Shown here one piece after another: positions 1 through 12,031 of a stretch of DNA of 64,000 bases. Position 1 is the first letter of the stretch; each line of letters begins with the position of its first letter. The stretch comes from Vitrella brassicaformis CCMP3155 (lineage: Eukaryota > Protista > Chromerida): NCBI GenBank assembly GCA_001179505.1, contig CDMY01000485.1, positions 3,974 through 67,973 of the forward strand. The letters are read 5' to 3'. Under the pieces are notes generated by a model that was not told the DNA's origin, made no database searches, and worked only from the letters and a program-made list of their open reading frames with translations. The position numbers and the translations under genes are program-made.

Positions 1-1527
1 GGAGGGGGCGTCGAGGGCACACTGCTGGCCACTCTGTTCGGTGGGAGCTGGGACGGCCGTTTCGTCAAGCTCACCGACAGGGACAAGAAAGAGCGGATGT
101 TCGTCGACATGGATTCCGCCGCCTTAAAGGTCATTCACAACGCCATCTTGGATGCCCGGACCATCCGCAGTGCGACCCACCGGACGGCCGACACCCAGGC
201 CTCCATCAGCCACCTGCTCGAAGACGCAAGAAGACGCAACTTCACTGGTGAGTGGGCAAAGTGGGAGGGAGAGGCTGCTTGTCCGTTTGTCCATCTCTCT
301 CTCTCTGTGCTGGGTGTGTGCAAACAGGGCTTCACGATTTCTGGATCAAGAAGATGCTGTCACCAATCGACTCGGCTGCTGCAGGGACCACTGGTGACGT
401 CACTAATCCACGGCTGTCGGCCAATGACACCCCCAATGAGCTGAGTGACTTCGTGAAGGCGGCCGATGCCTTCGTCAAGGCGTTCGCCGCTGAGAAGGCC
501 CGGCTGGAGGGTGAGCTGGCGGCCGCCAAACGGCGGTATGAGAACCTCGGCAACGAAATCAAGGTGACTGATGATCAGAAAGCAGCTGCAAGAGGACGAG
601 CTACATATACCTCCGATGCTCTGCCTATGTGTCTGTGTGTGTGTGTGGATCAGGCCCTCACGCCATTCCTGGCGCCTCTGAATGGCGAAGATCCGATCCG
701 TTCCGTGAAGGTCTGTGGAGAGAGCATCGCCACCACACAATCGACCGTCGACGAAATGAGCGACAAACTTCGGAACCGCTTTGACATGTAAGCGCCAGGC
801 AGATACCCAATACACGACGGTCCACTGGTGCTTTATGTGTGTGTAGGTGGTCGCGACCAGTTGAGGACGTTCAGCCCGAACACGTCAGCCGTATGGTCGA
901 CCACTACCGCCGCAAACGGCTCGGCGCGTCGGCCGCCGACATGGCTGCGGTGCTGACGATGGCCAGTGCGACAGAGCAGCATGCCTTCGACGCCAATGCG
1001 TTTATGTATGGCCTCACCGACGAGAGCCCCAAAGCCAGCAAAGCACATCAGACATTGTGAGTAGGACGAGGAAGCACAGGCACTCATGTGATGATTGTGT
1101 GCACTGTTGATCGTTCAGCGGTGGCCTCGGGCAAGTGCCATCCATGCAGCAGCGACGGTAAGACACCAACAACACACTGCACTCGTGTCTTCACTCACTG
1201 TGTTGTCTGTCACTGCTCAGTTTTGGCTTCGCGCAGATGTCGAATGGAGTGCAGTACAAAATCGTGCAGCAGGGCAGTGGGCCCAAACCGACACGTGACC
1301 AGAGGATCAAGTACGACATCGTCGATTGGCGTGACGACTTCGACGGACAAGACAAGATATGCGAGGACCGTGGGCGGGAGTATCATGTGTCTAGTGCTGT
1401 TGAGTGGTGGCAGGAGCTCTTCACTGACATGCGTGTGGGTGAGGTGCGGCGATGCATCGTGCCGGCCACACCAGCCGGTAGAAATGAGCTGTATATCGAG
1501 TATAAGTTGGTGTCCATTACGTCTTAA
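1..1527 (+). CDS. BTB/POZ - coiled coil - BTB-like - FKBP-like protein, copy 1 (5' end lies upstream of the window)
   Basis: Frame 1 opens inside a T1/KCTD-type BTB (GTLLATLFGGSWDGRF...RMFVDMD). Spliced exons give GLHDFWIKKMLSP, ALTPFLAPLNGEDPIRSVKVCG, WSRPVEDVQPEHVSRMVDHYRRKRLG and an FKBP-like C-terminus (SNGVQYKIVQQGSGPKP...DFDG...EWW...MRVGEVRR) ending at TAA 1525-1527. Splice phases join in frame. Confidence 0.85.
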
Positions 1528-2300
1528 GGGGCGGACGAAATTTGTGTGCGCTCCAGGAGATTATCACTAATGCGAGTGTGGGTGAGATGAGATGCCAGTT
1601 AGGATGAGCGTTATTGGAACAGAGTGATGATCTCTTGCCGTTTGGCTCCTTGTCATTTGCTCGACTGCTCTTATGGAATTTGGTTTGCTGCTCTGCATTG
1701 CGCTGGCTGGGTGTGCGGTCAACCTGCTCTGTCCTATAGTGTAGCAAAGTATCCAATTTTGCTTTGCTTACATTCATGACGACAAGACGACACACATGAG
1801 CGAATTCTGTTCGTTAACAGGAAGGGAAGTCACTCGCACACGCAAGCAGCCACTCATGCAAGGCAACACGTGCACTCTGACACGAATCACAGACACATAG
1901 CGGAGCTCTGCAAGAGTCATCATCGGATCAAAAATCCCCCCACCGGCACGCCCTTCTCGCCTTAGACAGGGCCGCCAGTGGGATCGATCACACCAGCAGC
2001 AGCGGCAGCACGAAAAGCACAGCAGCAGGGAGGGAGGACATGCAGTGGTGGGAGGGGGGTTGATTTGTACATACGGCTAGAGAGCTGGAGAGCTATGTAT
2101 CCATCCAAGAAATGAATGAACACCATGCAGCAACACAGAGGAAGAAAAGCGGCACACAACGAAAACCTCTCACACACGTGTGACAAAAACCCATTGGCCA
2201 TGTCAGCATCATGAAGAAGGGCACGAAGATAAGAGAGAAAAGCCCAATGGCCGCCCACCCGCCCAGCCGGCCTGTCTGGCTGGCTTGCCGGGCAGTCTGT

Positions 2301-5015
2301 CTATCCGCCCTTCCTGAGCATGTTCATCATGCCGCCCCCGCCCCCGGCCCCCCCACCGCCCAGCATGTTGAGGAAGGGCGTGGCGTACTCCATCGCCCGC
2401 ACTGGAGGGTGCTCCACCGCATCGAACTGCGTGTAGCGGGGCTTCAGGTTGTTGCCCTTGATCCTGAGCGAAAAGACACACCCACACACTCTCTCTCAAG
2501 TAGGTTGGTTGGTTGGTTGTGTGTTGGCGCACCTCATGAAGGCTCCCTTGTTGCCCATCTGGTCGCAGTAGTTGGGCGCGCTGAACACCGTCACCTAAAC
2601 CACACACGACACAAGATACATCGCTGCATCATTCTCTCCCTCTCCCTTCCTCCCTCTGTGCGTACCAGTTTGCCATTGCATTCCTCCTCGTAGCCCTCCT
2701 CCTTCATCTCGTGAGAGCGCACCAGCAGGTCCAGGTTGTTCTCCTTCAGGAACCGCTCAGTCACGTCCGGGCCAAACGCAACCCCCACGCCGCGCTTCGA
2801 CGGTGCCCGGCCATCCAGCTTCTGCGGATCCGACCACAGCAACTCCACCATCAGACCTGCACACACACGCACACACACAGAGAGAGAGTGGCGTCGTGTT
2901 GCAGGATGTGTTGTGGTGGGGGTGGAGACCCTCGTCTGGCGGTTCTCGGTTTCTGTCGATGCTTGCGATGTCGGAGAGCTTGACGCCATCCTTGCTGAAC
3001 AGACCTGCCGGAAGATGGGCGCTCGGCTGTGTGTGTGTGTGTGTGTGGCTGGCTGACCTCCGTGGACGACGAGTATCTTGTTGTTGATGACGTGCGCCAG
3101 CGGCAGCAGGTTGAAGGCCTCAGTGCACAGGTCATACAGCTTCTCGTCGTACTTCTTGATCACCTCACCTGCACACACACACACATAACACACCACACAC
3201 ACATGACAGATCCCCGGAGATGGGCATCTGTCTGCCATCCCCTCCCCTCCCTCCCTCGGCTGCATACGCACGTACGTACCGTGGAAGCCATACATCCTGT
3301 TCATGCTCTGGGCCTCGTGGTTGCCGCGGGCCAGGTGGAAGTGATTCGGGTACAACAGCTTGCCTGCAAACAGCGCCAGGATCACCTGCACACACCACAC
3401 GACGCACACAGACAACCACAAGGGCGTTGTTGTCGTGTTTTGCATCTCTCGATTGTGCGCGTGTGTGTGTGTGTGTGACTGACTGACTGACCTCGACAGA
3501 GAAGGACCCCCTGTCGACGAAGTCGCCGTTGAAGAGGTAGGGGTTGGTCTCACTGGGCGGGCCGTTGATCTTGAAAATGTTCAACATGTCGTAATACTGC
3601 ACACATGCACAACACACACACACAGACAGATGATTGTGGCGCTTATCTGATCTCTCTCTGTCTGTCGGCCTGAGTGGTGATCCACCCACCCAGCCACCGA
3701 CCTGGCCGTGCACATCGCCGCAGATGGTGAATTCCTCCTGTGGCTGCAGGTCGACCCTCACGAGTGTGGGTACCGTCCTGAGCAGCCTGATGATGTCCAG
3801 CACCATCATGTACGCGTATCGCCGATGCAGCACATTGCCGGGGGTCTGCACACAGCAAAGACAGAGAGAGAGAGAGAGCGAGAGAGAGAGAGGTGGGTGA
3901 GGTTATGTCGCTCCGGTTGGTGGGCAGACCTACCTTGATGTATTCTGTGAGCTGGTGGAAAAACTCCTTGTCGATGCTGCCGCTCCTGTAGTGGGGGCCC
4001 TTGTACGACGCGTCCACCTCAATCGACATCGGGTCAACCGTCTCAGACGCCGGCTTGGTCCGATCTGACAGCCATACAACCACCACCACAGCACACACAC
4101 ACGTGTACAAGAGCATCAGCAACAGTGTATGTATGCGTGTCTGCCTGTGTGTGTGTGTGTCTGCCTGAGTGTGTAGAGTGTGGTGTGTTACTCACCGATG
4201 CTGATGGCCTCGGCGAACTTCTGTTCCCTGACCTGCTTCTGGCACTCCTTGAGCCGCGCGGCCGCATCGGCGTCCAAACCGCCCCCCATCTTGGTCACCG
4301 CTTGAAAATCTATACACACAAACAGCCAGTGGATGAATCCATGGTGCGGGTGAAGCACACGGTGAGGGAGGGAGGGAGGGAGGGAGGGAGAGGATGAGGT
4401 AAGAAGGTACCTTTGAGAGCATCTTTCCACTTCTGGAGGCACATGTACGCGCATCCTCTGCGGTAGTAGGCCTTGGTAAAGTTGGCCTTCAAATCGATGG
4501 CCTTCTCCGCATCAATGATGGCCGAACCTGCACACAACAAGCCCACACACACACACACGCACACACATACAGAGAGAGGGAGACAGACAGATCCACCGCC
4601 ACACGTGGCACACGTGCGCTGCGCTGGTTGACCGACCGTAGTTCTCCAGCCGGAGCTGTGTGAAAGATCTGTTTGAGTAGTAGATGTGCAGGTTTGGGTT
4701 GGTAGGCGTGGAGGCGTCGATGGCCCTGGAGTACTCCTCCTCTGCATGGATGAAGTGGTTCTGCTTGAACAGCTCGTTGCCCTTGTCCTTGTACTTCTCC
4801 GCCAACTCGTCGTCGCCATCGCCGTCACCATCACCGTCACCGTCAACATCAGCCTGTCCCTGCGGCGGTTGCCCCTGCGCGTTGCCGTCAAGGTCTGTCT
4901 CCTCTTTGACCATCGCGGCCGGCGGGTCAGCGGCGTCGATCTCGCCGTTGTCCTTCTCACCCGACTCGCGACTCGCTGTTGAGTCCGTGTCGGCAGATGG
5001 CTTTATGCCGTTCAT
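2301..5015 (-). CDS. PP5: Serine/threonine protein phosphatase 5 (TPR + PPP catalytic domain), multi-exon
   Basis: TPR motifs ([39 protein letters not shown]) are followed by the PPP signatures [33 protein letters not shown] and [10 protein letters not shown]. Stop is at 2301-2303. The start is uncertain: MNGIKP at 5015 is preferred, but the ORF stays open to 5201. Confidence 0.95.
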
Positions 5016-5251
5016 TGTGGTGTTGCGTGACCCCACAGGGTTTGGGTGCAGGGTTTGCGGGTCACTGCCCGCGAAACGAAAGAGAGGATCCTGAAAAGTC
5101 TTCCGTTGTCCGATATTGAGCATCTTGTCCTGTCGCCACTGTGTGCAGCCCAGCGACCCGTGTCCCTGCCCGAGTAGATAGACAGATCTGTTGCTGCTCA
5201 CCTATCTCCCGCCCCTCTGATATTGACTGAAAGAGTCACACTCTCCACGCG

Positions 5252-6485
5252 ATGTGCGCCAAGGTCGAGATCAAGTCGAACCTGCCCCCGCCCCACTCGC
5301 GCACCGAGACGTTCCGCAACGCCGTCGGCGACGACAAACTCTGCGAGGAGATCATCGACACACTCAAGGTGAGTGGAGTGATGCGCAACACGCAGAGAGA
5401 GGCGCAGGGAGGGTGCTGGGAGGTGTCTCAGGGCCGCAGCGACAGGTCCATCCATTTTGCTTGTGCTGCCGTGTTTTGCCTGTCAGAGTTTTGACAAGGA
5501 CGGCGACGGCAAATTCGATATCGGCGATGTGGCCGCTGCAGCCCGACAGGTGCCGACACATCCACGTAGTCACTCGGAGTGCACGCGCGGCCGGGGTTCT
5601 ATTCATTCATCCCATGTGTGTGTGCTCGTGTGCTGTGTGCAGGTGGTGGTGTCCCGCAAGACCAACCGCCACCTGCGATGGTCTGTGGTCGGCCTGGCCA
5701 TCGGCTGGGTGCTGACCCTCCTGGTGCTCTTCGGCCTGGTCATCGCGTCCATCCGCCTCATGCGCCAGTCGACCATCGCAAATGACGGCCTCATGAGAAC
5801 CGTAGGCAAGAGCAGCGTCCCCGTCCGTAAGTCGCCGCACACAGAGAGAGAGGGAGAGAGTTGGGGAATGTGTGTGTGTGTGTGTGTGTGTCAGGCACAC
5901 AGCCCAACACCCAGGCGGTTCAGCTGTGGGACGTGGTCCGCAAGGACATTCCGGTTCGCCAGTACGACGACCTCATGACGGTCAGCTACAAGTTCCAGGA
6001 CGGCACCGACACCATCTACAGGGTCGACTGGATCGAGCAGAAGCCGAACGAGAAACTCACCATCTACGTCGCCGGCGGACGATACCTCGTCGCCACTGAA
6101 GGTGAGTACCCCTTCCCCCGGCCCGCACCACCACGCTCATGTGTGATGTTGTCATGTGTTGTGTGTGGTGGTGGTCAGATTCGATATCTCTGTACGGCAC
6201 GACCGGCGATTTGCTCGAGAAGACCGCCTACCCGTCCAAGGAGCGCCGCCGGCTGCAGGTGGACTTCGACTCAGACACCGAGGCCGCGCGCCTCATCCCC
6301 GGCTGCATTGGGCTGCCAGAGCTGTGCTGCCAGGGCGCCGCGTCATGCCTCTCCGGTATGGATGGATCTCACACGGACACGCACGCAAAGCAGACAGTGA
6401 GATAGAACGTGTGTGTTTGTGTGTCCGGTCAGGTTTGCAAGGGACAGCTTCCTTGTCGACGAGCTCGCCCATCGGCGACCCCTAG
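5252..6485 (+). CDS. Uncharacterised single-pass membrane protein with an N-terminal EF-hand-like loop
   Basis: Six exons join in frame: MCAKVEIK...TLK / SFDKDGDGKFDIGD... / hydrophobic helix WSVVGLAIGWVLTLLVLFGLVIASI / TQPNTQAVQLW... / DSISLYG...KERRRLQV...CIGLPELCCQGAASC / GLQGTASLSTSSPIGDP*. Confidence 0.75.
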
Positions 6486-6499
6486 ACACACACAGACGC

Positions 6500-9400
6500 A
6501 CTCTCACACATCATAGCGTTGCTACGTGTTGCTAGCGGCTGGGTGGCGCGTCCACCTGGCGTTTTGGTAGTAGGCACGCGGCCGTCGACGGCTGGCCAGC
6601 GAGGGCCGCGTGATGCGTGCCGGTAGATGCCTGGGTGCGTGTGTGTAGATGCTTCTTGCGGACGGAGGGCGTGGCGTACGTGTGTGGATGTGGGTGTGCA
6701 TATCTCTCAGTGGATGCGTCTGTGTGTGTAGCTGTCCAGGTGGGCGCCTGGCTGGCTGACCGCCGCTCTGTGGGGTTTTAAGTGCTTTTTCCCCACTCTC
6801 TGGGCGCCGCCTGCCTGCCAGCCAGCCGGCCTGCCGGCCTGCCGATGAGGGCTATCTGTCGGTGGGCTGATGGATCGATTGCCCTCCGTTTCCATTTCCA
6901 CTTCTTCTCCCTCTGTGCCGTCTTGCTCGTCACGCCATGCCATTTTTAAGCCACGCATGACTGATTGGATGGATGGATGTGTCGCACATGCGTCGCGCGA
7001 GTGTCGGAGGGAGCGGAGAGACAGGAAGATACAGACAGTCGATGGACGGATGGACGGACGGATGAATGGATGGATGGAGGGGTGGGCTCGGTGCTTGGGT
7101 GCGCATCGGCGCACATTTCGTTGTGAATGATCGAATGATGCTGGTGTGTGAATGGCTGGCTGCCCGAGTGAGTGTTTCTATCTGACTGTTTGTCGGTCAG
7201 TCGGCCTGAATGTCTGTCTGTCTGTCTGTCTTGTCGGTACGAGTGTTTTGCTGGACGCCCATTCATCGAGCGGGCAGTTACGGGAGGGAAGTGGCATGTC
7301 GCTGCGTTGATCGAGATTCTGGATCAACGAAGCAACGTGTCATGGGTCTGCTGTGACTGCCTGACGATGGACCTGAGCGCACGGGACTGTCTGTCTGTCT
7401 CAGCTGGTGTCTTTTTCCTTTTTTCTATGGGCTGGCTTGTCGTTGGATGCATGTGCCTGTCTGTGCCTGGATGGCCTCTTCCCTCTCTATGCTGTCTATG
7501 CTACGTGCGTCGCGTCAAATTCACGCCACGTCACGGCGGCAGGCGTCGCATCAGATGCATGTGACTGACCGGTTTGGCTGGCGCCCCCTTTTTTGATCGC
7601 CTTCGACGGATGGATGGCGTGACTGACGAGTGGGTGAGTGGCTGATGTCTTGCGGGCTGGGAGGAGAGAGGGGCTGTTGTGTCGCTATATCGCTGTGTTG
7701 CCTGTGTTGTACCAGGTTTTGTTGTCTCGTCGTTGCGTGTCGTGTGCTGTGGTGTCGTGCTGGGCGGTGATTGGTTGATTCGGTGACGGAGCTGCATGGA
7801 CGAATTGACGAACCGTCGGACTCGTTCGTTCATGTGGGAGTTTTTTATTTGACGGGGGGAGGGATGTGTGTGGCCTTTTGTTATTGACTGTCTGGCTGGA
7901 ATGGCTGACTGATTGACTGCCTCAATTCGCTCGCTGCTGGCTGTCTGCCTGGCTGCCTGGCTGCCTGCCTGCCTGCCTGCTGGCTGCTGGCTGCTTGTCG
8001 GTGTGTAAGTGTTGATATGCGTGTCTGTCCATCATGTCTCTCCTCTCTATCAGCTATCAATCGTTTCCTACTCTCTCTCTGGTTCCCTCTCCATCTTCTC
8101 ATCATCTCTCCTTCCTTTCTGCTCCGGCTGGGCTGCTCGTCTCGGTGCAGGAGGTTTTGATCGATTCACACCTTCACCCGCTGTGTTGTGTGTTGTCACC
8201 TACGCGACCGCACACATATACACATATATACATACATACACACGCACAGACGCCCCCGCGATTGCACCCCTTTCTGGGGCATCGAGGTGTGGTTGTCTGT
8301 CGCGAACGGCGTGTGGCATTTGAAGAAGGTTTGTCCATGCATCCCTTCATCCAATGGCGAAAGACAGACAGACAGACAGACAGGCCGCCGCTTCGCTTTC
8401 ACATGCATAGCCCACCTACCTGGGCATGCTGGTGGCTGGTGTGTCTGTGTGCTTTCGCGTATCACGTGGGCGCGGGGGGCTTTATAGTAGCGGGACATCT
8501 GCTGCCGGACAGATGTGCACATTGACGGGGGCTGGGCGGGTTTATATAAACCGGTGGACATGGATTTTTCCTCTCGTGGCGATCTCGCTGCTGCCGGTGA
8601 GCGACCGAAGACAGAGAGAGCGTCGGGAGAGGAGAGGAGAGAATGGCTGCATAATACATGGATGAATGGATGGATAGACTGGGTGGACACTCTCTCACTC
8701 TATACTCGCTCTACTTCTTTGTCAAGACCTCTCTCGCTCTGTCTCATTTCGGTTGTGTGCTCGACGGCTTTCCTCCTCCTCTCTCGACTCACTCGAGCAC
8801 ATAATTAGTGTGCATAGCTACGGATGCGATGGATGGATGGATGCCATGATGTGTGTGTGTGTGTGTGTGGCTGTAATGACCTTCCTACCTGTATTGTGCA
8901 TATCGATCTGCCATATCTCCTGTCTCTCTCGCTCGACCGACACACACATTCACAAACATTGCATCCCCACCACCACCCACCGCCGATCCGCCCATGCCCA
9001 TCCCATCACCGGCTGGCCGAGCGTCTTGCCTGTCTGCTGCCTGCATACCATAGCTCAATGTGTACACACGTACGTATTAACCGTGATGATGATCGATCGT
9101 GATGCTGGATGCATGAACGAACGACTGAAAGAGAGAATGGAGAGCCTTTTTTGTTCATCCCTCATTGTAGGCAGCTCGGTCGTCAAGTCGGGCTGACACT
9201 CACTCGTGGCCTGTCTGTCTACGTGCGTACCTACGTACGTACGTACATACACGTTCGTCGGTCGGGGCTCCTACACAACTACACTAACACTTGTCGGCCA
9301 CAGAGTGCAATGGCATGGAATGCGATGGGCTGGGTGGTGGTATTGGGTGCGGTTCACTGGCTGCATGGGTAAGGACACGTACGTACGTAGGATGCACTTA

Positions 9401-9600
9401 CTATTTCTCGTCTTGGCTGGGGAATGTACAAGTGGGTAACACACAGACACGAATCGACGACTCAACGCATCACTGTCACCCATGAGACATACCAAGCGAG
9501 TGCAACTCCGTCCATTCAGCGAACGAGCAACACCCGTTGACACACATGATCCACTGATACCTTGTGGACACACACATTGCTTCTTCGCGATGGATTCGAG
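6500..9600. repeat. Microsatellite-rich intergenic region: (GGAT)n, (GTCT)n/(GACA)n, (CCTG)n, (TG)n, (ACGT)n
   Basis: Simple tandem repeats are directly visible, e.g. 6965-6978, 7214-7229, 7950-7992, 8364-8381 and 9231-9246. ORFs here are low-complexity artefacts. Confidence 0.8.
8539..8552. promoter_or_regulatory. Palindromic TATA-like element GGTTTATATAAACC
   Basis: A perfect 14-bp palindrome with a TATA core in GC-rich context. A second TTTATA lies about 60 bp upstream. No transcript can be assigned to it. Confidence 0.25.
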
Positions 9601-9671
9601 CCCCTTCCTGTGAACGTGATCGCACTGCGAGCTTGAAGGTGAGAAGGTGAGAAAGGGCACTCAACGCGGCG

Positions 9672-12031
9672 ATGGAGGAGCACAGGGTGTCACGGTCAAG
9701 ACCAATGGCGAGAAGCGCCCCTCCCCGCTCACAAGATGAGGACGAGCAGCGTGCGTCATCTCCTCCAGCCGTCGCATCGCCGCCACGCAGCCTGTGGTCC
9801 GCCCACAAGGCCTTCATGCAGACCTGGGGAGGCCAGCTGGTAAGCGCTGAGGATCCCCCGACGCGCGAGAGCCGCTTCCTGCGTGGAACTTGTGAGTGTG
9901 TGTGCGTGCGTGTGATTGCAGGAGGAGTGGTGTCGGTTGCTGCTGTATCTGCTGCCCGTTGAGGAGGCTGACCCAGCCACCGAGACCAGAGCACAACTCG
10001 GTGAGGGCAGGAATGGAATGGCCGCGCGGCAGTTCTTTCTGCTCGTGTTATCACTTGTGTGTTGGTTTGATGTGTGTGTGGGTTCTGTGCAGCGTACAGT
10101 GCGGTTGATTTGTTCTCGCTGTACCGTGAGTCCGTGCAGGCGCCCGCAACCGACCTGCCCGTGCTGGCCCGACTCCCAAACAAACAAAAGTGAGACCAGA
10201 GGAGGAACACACCGAGCGATGCAGTCATCCTGGCGTGTCTGTTGTATGTTGTATGTGTGCAGGATTGCGTATGTGTGGCTGAGTCTGGTGCTGCGCAGCC
10301 TGCGGTGCATCCAGGTGCTGCTCGAGATGTGGGAGAGCAGACGACACGGGTTCAGGGCCTCCATGAGGCTCTGCTTCAAAATCGAATGCGTCAAGTAAGA
10401 GGCAGACAGACAGAGAGATACCACCAAACACCCACCATGCACACATCTATCTGCTTTTCTGTCCGTTCCTTCATCCTCACCAACCAGGCTGGTGCTTCGT
10501 GTGGCCATCCAGCAGCTGTCGCCCTTCGGGCTCTATGTCGACGAGGAGTGCCTCTGGTCAACCAGCACCGCTGCGCACCACCAGCTCGAACCACACTCGC
10601 AACACCAGTCGGCATCACCATCGGCCCCGGCACATCCGGCCTCGCGCCTCCCGTGGGTCGGCCGGCGCACGGGCCGCACCATCCGCGAGCTCACCACCCT
10701 CCCTCCTCCCGCACCATCAGCGGCACCGCCACCAGCCCCCCTGCCAGATTGGCAGCAGACGATCCTCAGCTCTGTCGATGCGGACGGGCCCGCCGGGCAG
10801 TCACATGCGCATCAGCAGGGCGCGGCGAGAGAGGGCGTCGGCACTCACGAGGGCGAGGGCGAGACCAGCAGCATGGCGAGCAGCACCACTACCGCGTCGA
10901 CAGACAGCGCCACAGCGGCACCAGGGGCAACGCACAAGCAGGACAGCGAGCCGTCGAGCAGCACCAATGCGTCGCCCTCCCAGTCGCCCGACGTGCTGCC
11001 GCCGCCCAGCAGCCCAACACACGACGGCGACAGGAAGGGCAAGTTCGTCCCTGTCGGTGTGCGTGGGAGGGATGCCTCTCTGACGTCGTCGTCGTATCGC
11101 GAGTGCCCGTGTGCTGCGTGTGCTGCCGGTGGTGGAGAGGGTGAAGACGGTGACCATGTGGACGTGGGAGATGAGGCATTTGGGCGGCGAGGGCGGTATT
11201 TTGTGAGCGAGGCGGACCTGAAAGTGTTGTTTGACCAGTGGATGGCGATCAAGGACATGGCCAGACATGCAGCCGATCCGTCGCGGTGAGTGCAGAGACA
11301 TCCAATGGTTCCAGATGCATTGCATTTCTTCTCCCTTTTGTGTGTGTGTGTCCGTTGCTGCCTTGCCTTACTACAGCCGTGGGTTAGTGTTGGGTGAGGC
11401 CCTGTTCCATCTGCGGCCGCTGCTCCACTCCTTTCTGCTCAGCCAGGGCGGCGACAAACCCGGATGGATGCCATGGGTCATCGCTCTGGGTGCGTGAGAC
11501 ACATCAGACCACCGATGGCCTCTGTCGTCTTTGTGTATCTATGGGGGTGTCTGTCTGTCTGTGTCTGTCTGTTGCTCGTCAGGTATGGATTTGGTGAGTT
11601 CCCAGTGTCTGCACGGCCACGCGCGGCGGTGGAGCTCCTTCACGCCGTTCGAAATGGCGGAGCTGCAGAGAAGGTCAGCCATGTCACATCACGAGATCCA
11701 CACCAGCCACAGCTGTCTTCACGTGTGTCTCATATTGTGCATGTGTCTGTGTGCGTGTGCGTCAGGCGTAGCGCCTTGTCGTTGGCGCTGGTGCGGTCGC
11801 CGTTTTTCGACAAGTTCCTGGAAGCACCATGTCAGCAAATAAACAGACTCTGCGCGGCGGTCGTCACCACTATTGGACTCTTGTGCCTGGGCTGTTGTTG
11901 TTGTTGTTGTTGTTTATGCAGGTGTGCAGCTGGACCATGTGATCAAGCGCATCCCGTTCCTGTCGCTCATCAGCGCACTCGACACCTTCCTCGCACTCCG
12001 GCCATACTTCTTCTCCACCAGCGGCAGCTGA
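9672..12031 (+). CDS. PEX16: Peroxisomal membrane biogenesis protein Pex16 with a long low-complexity insertion
   Basis: Spliced product shows Pex16 hallmarks: N-terminal LEEWCRLLLYLLP, LRCIQVLLEM...IECVK, GEALFHLRPLLH...WMPWVIALG, EMAELQRR...LVRSPFFDKF and C-terminal IKRIPFLSLI...YFFSTSGS* (TGA 12029-12031). Start codon uncertain. Confidence 0.85.

Noticed and set aside
1-5015. Functional link between PP5 (Hsp90 co-chaperone) and the adjacent FKBP-like gene
   Set aside because: The FKBP-like genes lack TPR domains and are scattered by duplication, so adjacency is not evidence.
6707-9660. Many 60-160 aa ORFs in the six-frame track
   Set aside because: They are translations of microsatellites (CV, HT, DR repeats) with no coding bias or homology.
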